Below, one piece after another: positions 42,134 to 53,991 of a DNA stretch of 64,000 nt. This DNA is from Pristiophorus japonicus (lineage: Eukaryota): contig NC_091984.1 of the NCBI RefSeq assembly GCF_044704955.1, positions 198,090,001 to 198,154,000 on the forward strand, in the 5' to 3' direction. How positions within the stretch are numbered: the stretch's first letter is position 1; each line of letters starts with the position of its first letter. The notes under the pieces are model-generated. The model ran no database searches. It was not told where the DNA came from and saw only the letters and a list, made by a program, of their open reading frames with translations. The position numbers and the translations under genes are program-made.

Positions 42134-43816
42134 ATAGGATTTGAAAGATCGAAGCAGGCAATAGGCTTACCAATTGTCAACTGCAAATTGAGGATTCAGC
42201 TGCTATATTAATTTTTTTTTTTTTTTTTAAAGTTGAGAAACCTAAATGAAGATCAAAGATGCAAAGTGCAGGGCAGCATCACAATTCCTACATTACAACA
42301 GTGACTACTCTTCAAAAGTGCTTCATTGGCTGAAAGTGCTTTAGGACATCCTGAGGTAGTAAAAGACACCATATAAATTTGTCTTTATTTCTTTAAAAGA
42401 TTGGGAGAGAAGACCAGATGAAATCAAGGAGTAATTAGGTTTAAAAGTAAGTAGGTTAAAAAAAGCAAAGAGAGTGAGGGAGGCAGAGTTCTAATGTTTT
42501 GAGATTCTGTAAAAATAAAAGAGTTGGAGCAGATGTAGTTAGCCTGGCTTTTAAACAGTGAAGATGCAGGGAGAAGGAAGAGTGTGTTGAATAGTACATT
42601 TGGATCTAGAAATATTCTTCACTGGTTGAAATGGTGGATAGTATACAGTAAGAGAATCTCTATATATCCTGATGAGAACGTAGAGAAACTCAAGAGTCTG
42701 GAAGAATAGAATCTTTGAATCTTCCGGTTCATCTGGTTCCTCTACAATTATTAAACCTCAGTCAAGGAAAATCAGCTCATCATACATTCAGACTAACCTC
42801 CTCTCTTTAGAGAAGGCAAATCACTTAAAATGGGAGTAAATGTGTGGAATGACCTGCAAACTGATTAATAGAATACTGTTAGATGATATTTTAAAAAATC
42901 AGCAATGAGGTGATGCAAACATGTAAAGGATAAAAGAATGTGCAAACAGTGGAGGATGAAAAGACATGAGAGGCCCATACAAAACAGTGAAAAAAGAGAG
43001 AAACAAAAAGAGAGAGAGAGAGATATATAAAGGGGAGAAAGCTGAAAATATAGATGTAGTAATTAAAACATTTAGGCTGAATGTGGCCATTTGATCTTTC
43101 TCTCAATTTACAGTTATTTCTCATTTACCTGGTTTGGGGATTTGTCAACTCTGGGTAAACAAATTTTCCGATAGAGCGAGTTTCCATAAATCGTAAAAAA
43201 ATTAAGAAAAAAAACAATCACGTGTACTTTAGGACGACATTATTTACCTCACTGCAGTCGGTATAGGTTGGACCGCCCTTATTTACAGGCGGTCACTGCG
43301 GGGCATACAGGTCAGGTGGGACTCAAAAAGCGGGCCGGTGTGGCAACCAGGGGCAAACTGCTCAGCGCTGCCGCAAAACCGGCCCCGGAGACCCCCGCAG
43401 AGCGCCGGAGGCTGACCGCCCACCCAGGAGACCTCACCGCCGTCATTGCCGCCCGTCCGGGACAGAAAATGGAACATGAAAGATCAGAAGATCCACCCCA
43501 TGGAGTGCTGGGTGGCTAATCATGATTCAGTAGGAAGGTAAGTACAATATATAGTTTGCACAGCTTAAAGCAAGTAATAATGTTCACTGCTGCTTGTATT
43601 TGTTATGTAGCCAATGATCCTCATTTTTGTTTAGTTGCCGAATCTTGCAATATTTTAAATTCCATTACGGCGAGTTTTCCGTTACATTCGTATCCGGGTA
43701 ATCGAGAGTTTACTGTACTATATTACAGTCCTTCGCCACTGACTGCAAAATCCGGGCATATGTATTAACCTTATCTACATTAATATCGCAAAACAAATGT
43801 GGTTTGTAAATAGAAG

Positions 43817-44086
43817 TAGAGGTAAAGCGGACGAAATCCGTAAACCTCAGGACTGAGGCCGTTCCAGGTATTTCCTGTACGGTTTTCCACTGTCCCAAAT
43901 CCAGAAACGCCCGGGCCAAGGTAAGGGGCGGGAGGGGAGAGTCCGGCAACAGAGGTGGAGGAGCTCCGGCGACGGCAGGTCCGGATTTTGGAACATTTTC
44001 CGGATTCAAGACGACCCCGCCAGATTGGCCCGGTATCCAGATTCCAGAACATTCCAAAACTCCGGATTTCAGACGCTCAACCTGTA
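43817..44086. mobile_element. second copy of the Tigger-like MITE, opposite orientation
   Basis: Right end TCCGGATTTCAGACGCTCAACCTG-TA; degenerate left TIR. Confidence 0.65.
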
Positions 44087-45256
44087 CTGAGAATGCAATG
44101 AAACTTCACACCAGCTCCTTTTATAGGGCACTTTGTAAAGACAATTAAGTGTACTTATTTGCTTGAAATATTACTTCTTACTTCTAAAAATTGTGATTAA
44201 ATCTTATGAACACTCTTTTTTGACCTAAAAATATTTGACAGGAATTCAATAATACGGTTTGAAAATCAGGTGGTGTAATTATGGCTCATTGTTAAGGTAA
44301 TGCAGTTCAAGTTGCGATCCTACAAGTCGAGAGTTAAACAAATAAATTAGCATCTAGAAATGAATAGTTTTATGGCCACATCCTCATTTCAGTAAATTCC
44401 AGCACTCAGCAAGATAGTCAGATGAGTGAAGTCATTGCATATGCCCCAACAATTTGCAAGTGCCACTCTTCTACCTGTCATCATTTGTTTTTCCAAATTA
44501 GAGGGAAAATAAAACAAAAGTTAGACCGCTCTTTGTGGTCATTAGGATGAGTCAAGATTTTTAGTTTTATCACAACAGTAGCATAGGTCTCAAACACAAA
44601 CGTCCAAACAGGAGTGAATAATAAAAATTAATGATGGGAGAACAGCTGAACTGGCTGAATACAAAAAAAATTCTGCTTCAAAATTTAGTGTTTGTAAAGT
44701 GCAACCCTGTTAAAATGAAAAGTAATTTTCATATAAATGTTTACCTGAGTACATTAATGCATGCAAACACAATGAAGATGCTGACTAATGGAAATGAATA
44801 GAAAAAATGTTTCTGAACTTTATATACAGAAAGACTTTTTCTCAGCTAAATGTCTAATTTTGTGGATAAATTCTGTAATGCAAGAAAAATTTGATTTAGA
44901 AAAGCTGATTTTAGACCAAGGACATTAGTATTTTAAAAATGTGTCTTTAAAGAGTTAGTTTCAATACATTAGTCTAAAATATGATTTCATAGAATCTGGT
45001 ATATCAGGTGAAACAATCTTGTTTCATTTCTTAAAAATGAGCTAAATAGTACTAATTAATATTTTTGGGTTTCAATCAAATGAACCAGTATACAGGATTT
45101 AAAATCAATATACAGTGAGGTTTACCCAAGTCCTTTATGTTACTATAATGTATTGACAACTCCAGCACACATTTAGAGTGATCCTCAATATATTTACTAG
45201 CTTAAAAGATCAAAGCAATGTAAAGACATTATTCTGGTTGGCGCAGCTGCACATAC

Positions 45257-45409
45257 CTCATTAATTTAATCATTGAATCCATGTCTGTAACCAAAGTTTG
45301 ATTTCGACGGAATATCAGAGCTCGAGGACTCTTGGTGTAACTGAACCAGTCTCCAAATTCCTTAACCAGCGCTGGTTTACCACTGGCATTAAAGATTTCT
45401 TCAAAATAC
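45257..45409 (-). CDS. PLBD2: PLBD2 third-last coding exon
   Basis: AG/GT bounded, 153 nt. YFEEIFNASGKPALVKEFGDWFSYTKSPRALIFRRNQTLVTDMDSMIKLMR. Confidence 0.93.
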
Positions 45410-46257
45410 CTACAGAAATGCAAGTATGAGTTACAGTTAACTCATCAAAATATATTGGTTTTGATTGAATTATGCATGTTTTGGTAAAAATATTTACTTG
45501 TATATCTTTTCCCCATTTTTATCCCCTCTGGGTCTTCCCAGGTCACATGCTATCATAGCGGAGAGAGGGAGCAGTATCTCATTCCTCTGCCATTGCTGCT
45601 CTGAACTGACGAGCAATATGACCACGGGTCAGGGACTGCACTCTCAAGATTTTCCCTCCCGGTGGGGAGGGGAATGTTCTCCACTAAGAGCACACACCAA
45701 AATCAATGCGGACAAGACGCAGGGTAGTGCAGGAATTTGATTCTACAAACTACTACTCTGGCACTCTGTATTGGTGCTCCAACACATTGTGTCAGCTGTT
45801 CTCATGGAAAGTCTCAGTTAAACAACCTGAAAGACATTAAGAAAATTGCTATTAGACATAAAATGTCAATGATAATATAACTGGATTATTTAATACAACA
45901 AATAATTGTTGCATAGAAAATTACCAATGGGATTACCTCATCCAGTTATACCCAATCTGCTTGCACGCATTCTGTATATTATGCCTCGTGTAATCGGCTA
46001 TAAAGAACTGTCAGGCAGTACTACTGTGGCTGTAATTCATTGTCAGTCAGTAGTTCTCAGCAATGAATGAAACATTGGATGGCCAGTTCTGCTAGAATGT
46101 AGAAAAAATAAACATACTGCTGACGAAGAGACACAAATGTCACTCTTATTCAAGGTTGTATCAATTCTGATAACATAAAATAGGGTGGAGTGAGATGAGG
46201 TAAACCAATTAATTAATTAGCATCCGAGACCTGGGATAAACAACTGATTTCTGGATA

Positions 46258-46833
46258 NNNNNNNNNNNNNNNNNNNNNNNNNNNNNNNNNNNNNNNNNNN
46301 NNNNNNNNNNNNNNNNNNNNNNNNNNNNNNNNNNNNNNNNNNNNNNNNNNNNNNNNNNNNNNNNNNNNNNNNNNNNNNNNNNNNNNNNNNNNNNNNNNNN
46401 NNNNNNNNNNNNNNNNNNNNNNNNNNNNNNNNNNNNNNNNNNNNNNNNNNNNNNNNNNNNNNNNNNNNNNNNNNNNNNNNNNNNNNNNNNNNNNNNNNNN
46501 NNNNNNNNNNNNNNNNNNNNNNNNNNNNNNNNNNNNNNNNNNNNNNNNNNNNNNNNNNNNNNNNNNNNNNNNNNNNNNNNNNNNNNNNNNNNNNNNNNNN
46601 NNNNNNNNNNNNNNNNNNNNNNNNNNNNNNNNNNNNNNNNNNNNNNNNNNNNNNNNNNNNNNNNNNNNNNNNNNNNNNNNNNNNNNNNNNNNNNNNNNNN
46701 NNNNNNNNNNNNNNNNNNNNNNNNNNNNNNNNNNNNNNNNNNNNNNNNNNNNNNNNNNNNNNNNNNNNNNNNNNNNNNNNNNNNNNNNNNNNNNNNNNNN
46801 NNNNNNNNNNNNNNNNNNNNNNNNNNNNNNNNN
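46258..46833. other. assembly gap (576 N)
   Basis: Run of N. Confidence 0.99.
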
Positions 46834-48660
46834 GGGAGAAAGAGAAGGGGGGGGGAGAAAGAGAAGGGGGGGGAGAAAGAGAAGGGGGGGAGAAAGAGAA
46901 GGGGGGGGAGAAAGAGAAGGGGGGGGAGAAAGAGAAGGGGGGGGAGAAAGAGAAGGGGGGGGAGAAAGAGAAGGGGGGGGAGAAAGAGAAGGGGGGGGAG
47001 AAAGAGAAGGGGGGGGAGAAAGAGAAGGGGGGAGAAAGAGAAGGGGGGGGAGAAAGAGAAGGGGGGGGAGAAAGAGAAGGGGGGGGAGAAAGAGAAGGGG
47101 GGGAGGAAAGAGAAGGGGGGGGAGAAAGAGAAGGGGGGGGAGAAAGAGAAGGGGGGGGAGAAAGAGAAGGGGGGGGAGAAAGAGAAGGGGGGGGAGAAAG
47201 AGAAGGGGGGGGAGAAAGAGAAGGGGGGGGAGAAAGAGAAGGGGGGGGAGAAAGAGAAGGGGGGGAGAAAGAGAAGGGGGGGAGAAAGAGAAGGGGGGGG
47301 GAGAAAGAGAAGGGGGGGGAGAAAGAGAAGGGGGGGGAGAAAGAGAAGGGGGGGGAGAAAGAGAAGGGGGGGGAGAAAGAGAAGGGGGGGGAGAAAGAGA
47401 AGGGGGGGGAGAAAGAGAAGGGGGGGGAGAAAGAGAAGGGGGGGGAGAAAGAGAAGGGGGGGGAGAAAGAGAAGGGGGGGGAGAAAGAGAAGGGGGGGGA
47501 GAAAGAGAAGGGGGGGGAGAAAGAGAAGGGGGGGGAGAAAGAGAAGGGGGGGGAGAAAGAGAAGGGGGGGGAGAAAGAGAAGGGGGGGGAGAAGAGAAGG
47601 GGGGGGAGAAAGAGAAGGGGGGGGAGAAAGAGAAGGGGGGGGAGAAAGAGAAGGGGGGGGAGAAAGAGAAGGGGGGGGGGAGAAAAGAGAAGGGGGGGGA
47701 GAAAGAGAAGGGGGGGGAGAAAGAGAAGGGGGGGGAGAAAGAGAAGGGGGGGGAGAAAGAGAAGGGGGGGGAGAAAGAGAAGGGGGGGAGAAAGAGAAGG
47801 GGGGGGAGAAAGAGAAGCGGGGGGAGAAAGAGAAGGGGGGGGAGAAAGAGAAGGGGGGGAGAAAGAGAAGGGGGGGGGAGAAAGAGAAGGGGGGGGAGAA
47901 AGAGAAGGGGGGGGAGAAAGAGAAGGGGGGGGAGAAAGAGAAGGGGGGGGAGAAAGAGAAGGGGGGGGAGAAAGAGAAGGGGGGGGAGAAAGAGAAGGGG
48001 GGGGAGAAAGAGAAGGGGGGGAGAAAGAGAAGGGGGGGGAGAAAGAGAAGGGGGGGGAGAAAGAGAAGGGGGGGAGAAAGAGAAGGGGGGGAGAAAGAGA
48101 AGGGGGGGAGAAAGAGAAGGGGGGGAGAAAGAGAAGGGGGGGGAGAAAGAGAAGGGGGGGGAGAAAGAGAAGGGGGGGAGAAAGAGAAGGGGGGGAGAAA
48201 GAGAAGGGGGGGAGAAAGAGAAGGGGGGGAGAAAGAGAAGGGGGGGGAGAAAGAGAAGGGGGGGGAGAAAGAGAAGGGGGGGGAGAAAGAGAAGGGGGGG
48301 GGAGAAAGAGAAGGGGGGGGAGAAAGAGAAGGGGGGGGAGAAAGAAGGGGGGGGAGAAAGAGAAGGGGGGGGAGAAAGAGAAGGGGGGGGGAGAAAGAGA
48401 AGGGGGGGAGAAAGAGAAGGGGGGGAGAAAGAGAAGGGGGGGAGAAAGAGAAGGGGGGGAGAAAGAGAAGGGGGGGAGAAAGAGAAGGGGGGGGAGAAAG
48501 AGAAGGGGGGGGAGAAAGAGAAGGGGGGGAGAAAGAGAAGGGGGGGGAGAAAGAGAAGGGGGGGAGAAAGAGAAGGGGGGGAGAAAGAGAAGGGGGGGGA
48601 GAAAGAAAGGGGGGGGGAGAAAGAGAAGGGGGGGAAAGAGAAGGGGGGGGGGCGGAGGAA
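46834..48660 (+). repeat. purine-only tandem repeat (G7-9 AGAAAGAGAA)n, ~18-bp unit, ~100 copies
   Basis: Seen directly; almost no pyrimidines on the plus strand. Confidence 0.97.
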
Positions 48661-49073
48661 GAGAGAAGGTAAACTAAAATTGCTCAGTACCCTATGAAGA
48701 GAAATGGTTAGAATTCCTACTCGTGATCACTATTCTTCCGTGATCACTATTCTTCCACCCCTGCTGGAAAATGTGCACGTGCCAACATTGGGCAAGAAAA
48801 CATCTGGCAGACCACAAGTTCACTTGACCCTTAGCCTCAATTAAAAATAGTGCCAACACACACCAGGCTCACACATGAACAATGGCCATCTGGGCCAAGT
48901 ATTAGAGGGTTGCGAATAAACATCTTGCAACCCGAAATGATATTTTTTAAAAAACTTCAACTGACAACCTGATCACCAGGCTAGATCTTAAGATAAAGTA
49001 GTGGCGCTGGGGCCAAATGATTAGTAAACTAATGGGGGGGGGGGGGGGGGGGAGCAATTCTTGATTTCAAATA

Positions 49074-49477
49074 TGGCTCAGTTGGTAGCACCCTCACTCC
49101 TGGGTCAGAAGGTTGTGGGCCAGGGACTTGAGCACAAACATCTAGGCTGACACTGCAGTGCAGTACTGAGGGAGTCCTGCACTGTCAGAGGCGCCGTCTT
49201 TCAGATGTGACATTAAACCGAGGCCCCACGTAAAAGCTCCCACGGACACTATTTTGAAGAAGAGCAGGGAAGTTTTCCCGTGTGCTGGGCAAGATTTATC
49301 CCTCAATCAAAATCACAAAAAAATAATCTAGCCAGTTTCACATTACTATGCACAAATTGGCTGCCGCGTATCCTACGTTACAACAGTGACTACACTTCAA
49401 AAAGTACTTCATTGGCTGTAAAGTCCTTTGGGATGTCCGGTGATCGTGAAAGGTGCTCTAAGTGCAAGTCTTGCTTT
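49074..49477 (+). mobile_element. same SINE family
   Basis: TGGCTCAGTTGGTAGCA A-box head; body colinear with 41006-41470. Confidence 0.75.
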
Positions 49478-49789
49478 AACTAAAGACATAAGCCGCCTCT
49501 TTACAGGCAGCTCCTGGCACCAATTAACGACATTCCTAAGAACGCTGTGGCCAATTTATAAATAATAAAATGCAATGTGCCAACTAAAAAATACACTTAG
49601 TGCCCGCAGTGTGTCAGCGAGACAAGTTGAGTAATGCCCCGATGCCCCTGAGCGGTGAGGCCCATCTCGCCCTCTTCCCGGGCCCGCCCTCCGCCTCGCC
49701 TGGCCTAAGAAGCCCCATTGCCTTCAACCCCTGGCCGGTGAGGCCTCCCTCACCTTCGCCGGCCAGCCCTCCTCCCCCAGCCAATAAGA

Positions 49790-49852
49790 CCCCCACTCTC
49801 TCCCCAGGCTGAGAGACCTCCCCACTCTCTCTCCCCGGGCTGCGAGACCCCC

Positions 49853-49889
<37 letters not shown>

Positions 49890-50000
49890 CAGGCTGCGAG
49901 ACCCCCCCACTCCTCTCTCTCTCTCTCTCCCCAGGCTGCGAGACCCCCCCCCACTCTCTCTCTCCCCACAGGCTGCGAGAACCGCCCCCACACACACACA

Positions 50001-50034
<34 letters not shown>

Positions 50035-51190
50035 GCTGCGAGATCCCCACCCCCCCAATCTCTCCCCGGGCTGCGAGATTCCTCCTCCCCCCCCCAAATC
50101 TTTCCCCGGGCTGAGAGTTTCCTTCCCCCCCCCACCCCCCAATCTCTCCCCGGGCTGCGAGATTCCTCCCCCCCCCCAAATCTCTCCCCGGGCTGCGAGA
50201 TTCCTCCCCCCCCCCCAAACTCTCCCCGGGCTGCGAGATCCTCCCCCCCCCCCAAATCTCTCCCCGGGCTGCGAGATTCCTCCCCCCCCCCCAATCTCTC
50301 ACCGGGCTGCGAGATTCCCCCCCCCCCCAATCTCTCCCGGGCTGCGAGATGCTCCCCCCCCCCCCCAATCTCTCCCCGGGCTGCGAGATTCCCCCCCCCC
50401 CAATCTCCCCCAGGCTGCGAGATTCCCCCCCCCCCCAATCTCTCCCCGGGCTGCGCGATTCCCACCCCCCAATCTCTCCCCGGGCTGCGAGATTCCCCCC
50501 CCAATATCTCCCCGGGCGGCGAGATTCTCCCCCCCCCAATCTCTCCCCGGGCGGCGAGATTCTCCCCCCCCCAATCTCTCCCCGGGCGGCGAGATTCTCC
50601 CCCCCCAATCTCTCCCCGGGCGCCGAGATTCCCCCCCCCCCCAATCTCTCCCCGGGCGGCGAGATTCTCCCCCCCCCAATCTCTCCCCGGGCGGCGAGAT
50701 TCTCCCCCCCCCAATCTCTCCCCGGGCGGCGAGATTCTCCCCCCCCCAATCTCTCCCCGGGCGGCGAGATTCTCCCCCCCAATCTCTCCCCGGGCGCCGA
50801 GATTCCCCCCCCCCCCAATCTCTCCCCGGGCTGCGAGATTCCCCCCCCCCCAATCTCTCCCCGGGCTGCGAGATTCCCCCGGGCTGCGAGATTCTCCCCC
50901 CCCCCCAATCTCTCCCCGGGCTGCGAGATTCTCCCCCCCCCCCCAATCTCTCCCCGGGCTGCGAGATTCTCCCCCCCCCCCAATCTCTCCCCGGGCTGCG
51001 AGATTCTCCCCCCCCCCCCAATCTCTCCCCGGGCTGCGAGATTCTCCCCCCCCCCCAATCTCTCCCCGGGCTGCGAGATTCTCCCCCCCCCCCCAATCTC
51101 TCCCCGGGCTGCGAGATTCTCCCCCCCCCAATCTCTCCCCGGGCTGAGAGATTCTCCCCCCACTCCCCACTCTCTCCAAGGGCTGCGAGT
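49790..51190 (+). repeat. C-rich minisatellite, unit ~35-40 bp (Cn-AATCTCTCCCCGGGCTGCGAGATT)
   Basis: Seen directly in PLBD2 intron 1. Confidence 0.95.
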
Positions 51191-51502
51191 CCCTCATCCT
51201 TTCCCCCAGGCCGGCCCTCACCCCCCCCCCGCCCCCCGACCAGCCTTCACCTCCTCTGTCCCTCCTCCCCCCTTTACTTCCTTCTCCCCGCACCGCCCCA
51301 ACCGGCTCTCTCTCCTCCCCCCACCCACCGCCCCCGCCGGCTCGCTCTCCTCCCCCCACCACCCCAACCTGCTCTCTCTCCTCCCCCCACCCCCCCAACC
51401 GGCTTTCTCGCCTACCCCCACCCCCGGCCGGCCTTAATCCCCTCTTTCTCCCCACCCTACCCGGCCCGCTCCCTCTTTCCCCCTCCGGAGGCCTGCCCTC
51501 AC

Positions 51503-51747
51503 CCCGTTGCCTTGATTCGGTCGGTGAAGTTAGCCCAGGCGATCGAGTCACGCCGCAGCCCTGGCACCACCTTGAGCCGCCCGCTGTGTCTATCCAGCAC
51601 CATCGAGCGGTGCAGCGACTCCGAGGCCGCGCCGCTGCCCGCCGCCAGCAGCAGCAGCAGCAGGGAGAGGGTGAGGAGCAGACGGGAGAGAGCCGAGCTC
51701 CGCCGGGAGCAGGATTGGGGCTGGCCAGCCTCGCTCGTCGCCGCCAT
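51503..51747 (-). CDS. PLBD2: Phospholipase B domain-containing 2, coding exon 1 (signal peptide)
   Basis: MAATSEAGQ...LLLTLSLLLLLLAAGSG (signal peptide)...AWANFTDRIKATG. GTGAG donor, phase 2. Lies in a CpG island. Confidence 0.88.
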
Positions 51748-52601
51748 GTTTGGCCCACGTGACCCGCCCACTGTCTCAGCGCTCGCGGCTAAGCCAGTCT
51801 GCGGCAGTGCAACTCCAGGATGCGTGCACTTGCTGATTTGTAATACATATTTATTACATGCGACGTTTCAATCGTTCGATTCTGTAGCGGAACAAGAAAA
51901 TATGTGCATTTGCAGAAAAATCCAGTGACTTAATAATCAGCAATTTCAGTAATAGTGACACTCAACTGTGCCTGCTTTAATGTTTTCATGTTTAACGTGG
52001 ACACGCACATGAAGGTAAATTGGCCCAGTGTTGTGCGTTAATTGGAGTAGAATTATTTAAGTAGGGGGAGGGAGTGGGGAAGGAAGCAGCGTTGTAGCTG
52101 GGAGGGCATCACTGGGTAGCTGGGGACAAGTCCACTGGGCAGCAAGCTTTTCAGAAAGGGACACATCGTATTTAGGTACTTTTGGAAACTCTGGAAAAGG
52201 GAATCAAGGTGTTCTGACTTTGTATATGTATCAACTTGCGAATGGCGTAAATCTGTAAGCTGTTTTCCAGGAACATTTACTTCCCGGTACATAATCGGAG
52301 TTTTGGGAGCCAGCTGATCCGTGGGTAGTAGTTTTCTCCCCATATCTTATACTTTGACAAATTGCTGTCACTTTTTGTGAAAACGGTTCTTCCTCGGCTT
52401 GCTTGTGTTATCTTAACTAGTTTCCTCGAACGACTTTCTATCTTAAAATTAGTAAACTCAGTAGTATGAAAACGCACTAATGGTAACTGTTCTTCTACGC
52501 CTGACTAGAATGACTTTCTAATCTTTAAAGTTAGTAAACTCCGGGTGGTAACTGAATTCAAAGTGCATTGACTCTCTCTCTCTCTCTCTCTCTTCCTCCA
52601 G
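51748..52601. promoter_or_regulatory. bidirectional promoter region PLBD2/SLC8B1 (probably including an SLC8B1 non-coding first exon)
   Basis: The ATGs are divergent and ~870 bp apart. E-box CACGTG at 51756-51761 and GC box at 51764-51769. A (CT)n-AG acceptor at 52601 implies an upstream UTR exon. Confidence 0.65.
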
Positions 52602-52617
52602 ACTTTGAGCTCTAGCC

Positions 52618-52821
52618 ATGATGGCTGGGGACGCAGCCGTGATCTGGTTTCTCTTGGGCTGGACTGTCACGTGTATTGTAACTGACCCCCTGGCGGCGGC
52701 TGAATCATATCCCTTTGGAACTGTTGCAGGAAAAAGTGAACCCTACTCTTCTAAAAGTAGTATTTTTAATGGCAGTTCATTTAGTCTGCTGCTTGAAGAA
52801 GGGAGCAGTGGTACTATGGAG
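52618..52821 (+). CDS. SLC8B1: Mitochondrial Na+/Li+/Ca2+ exchanger NCLX, first coding exon
   Basis: GCCATG after a (CT)n-AG acceptor; hydrophobic N-terminus; GT donor in phase 0 joins the conserved CRGV exon. Confidence 0.78.
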
Positions 52822-52911
52822 GTACTATTTTAATATAGTAAATATTGACCCGAAATGTAACTTTTTTTTGATTCAACAACAACGACTTGATAGTTATTTT
52901 CAGTTTATATG

Positions 52912-53391
52912 TTTAACAGGGTTTCCCGACTAGAACTACTGACTGTTGAAGACAATTTGCACTATTCACTGTGGGTTTTGACAGTTCTGCCAAGAGCAAG
53001 CACTGCAACCCACTTGTCAATATAAGGCAGGACAGTGCACCACAGTGACCAAGAAACTCTTTGTGACTTTTGATTCGGACAATTTATATTCTGTAGAATT
53101 CTAGGGAAATGTTTTTAAATCACTAACTATTGTAAGAAATGGGTTGATTTCATGAGTTATATGGCGTGTGCTTAGTGCTCCATATATCCCTCCACTTGGG
53201 TTTCTGCCCCTGTCACAGCAATGAAATGGCCTGAATTAGACGCAAAAGACTTTATTTGTGACTGGTGCACTTTCCTGCTTTGCATTGGCAATTGGGCTGT
53301 GCAGTGCTTCCTGGCAGAACTGTCAAACTCTATTGAAGACAATTTGCATGATTCACTGTGGTTCTAGTCTTAGTTGGGAAGTGCTGTTAAA
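52912..53391. repeat. imperfect foldback with an embedded 32-bp direct repeat
   Basis: Inverted arms 52975-53042 and 53263-53329, plus outer inverted ends. Direct repeat at 52943-52974 and 53330-53361. Confidence 0.75.
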
Positions 53392-53838
53392 ATTGTATTT
53401 GTTGTACAAGGACTGACTTTTTAAAAAATATTGGTCATCTGTCTGTTTAAATTTGTACATCTGGAGGGGAACTGTGTATGGACTACAACAGATTTCATGG
53501 GCTGTAGTTAGTAGTTGAAGATGTAGTTGACTTTTTAAATATAGTGGCTGATTTGAATGTGACTAGTATAAGAGAATGTTAACGGTACCAATTTAAGCTG
53601 AATTCCACCCATTATTACAAAACTGCCACAATCTTTAACTGAAATCTTTGAAAATCCACAACTTCTCTTTGCCATTGCAATTAACACAAGGCTAGTATCT
53701 TTATTGCTTTATTGACACTAGTTGCAGTCAAGGAACCTGACCGATTGTGTAAATGAATGGAATGGGTTTTGTTATCCTGGTTTACATTGTAAATTGAATA
53801 CTGCTGAATCAGCTAACTATATTTCCTTTATTTTCTAG

Positions 53839-53991
53839 TGTCGTGGTGTAATACAGCTCAATGGGTCCCAGTGGTGTTCATTTGTAAAAACTACTGAAGA
53901 CTGCAAAATTGACAGTGGCTTTATTGACTACCTCCAGGGGGCTATCTGTGGGTTTCACCACAATCTGCTACCATTGCCCATTGTGTTGTAT
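53839..53991 (+). CDS. SLC8B1: SLC8B1 coding exon 2
   Basis: AG/GTAAGT bounded, 153 nt. CRGVIQLNGSQWCSFVKTTEDCKIDSGFIDYLQGAICGFHHNLLPLPIVLY. Confidence 0.92.

Noticed and set aside
48722-48757. 17-bp tandem duplication CGTGATCACTATTCTTC
   Set aside because: Ordinary slippage duplication within a decayed repeat, with no sign of function.
49074-49130. tRNA gene
   Set aside because: It is an A-box-like SINE head with no complete cloverleaf, and it continues into the SINE body.
49790-51190. CRISPR-like array (repeats with internal palindrome)
   Set aside because: There are no unique spacers, only poly-C of variable length, and no cas genes. The context is a vertebrate intron.
49614-51758. 714-aa Gly/Arg-rich ORF and overlapping 479-, 362- and 265-aa ORFs
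   Set aside because: They are translations of the G/C-rich minisatellite, which lacks stop codons in several frames on both strands. The sequence lies in PLBD2 intron 1.
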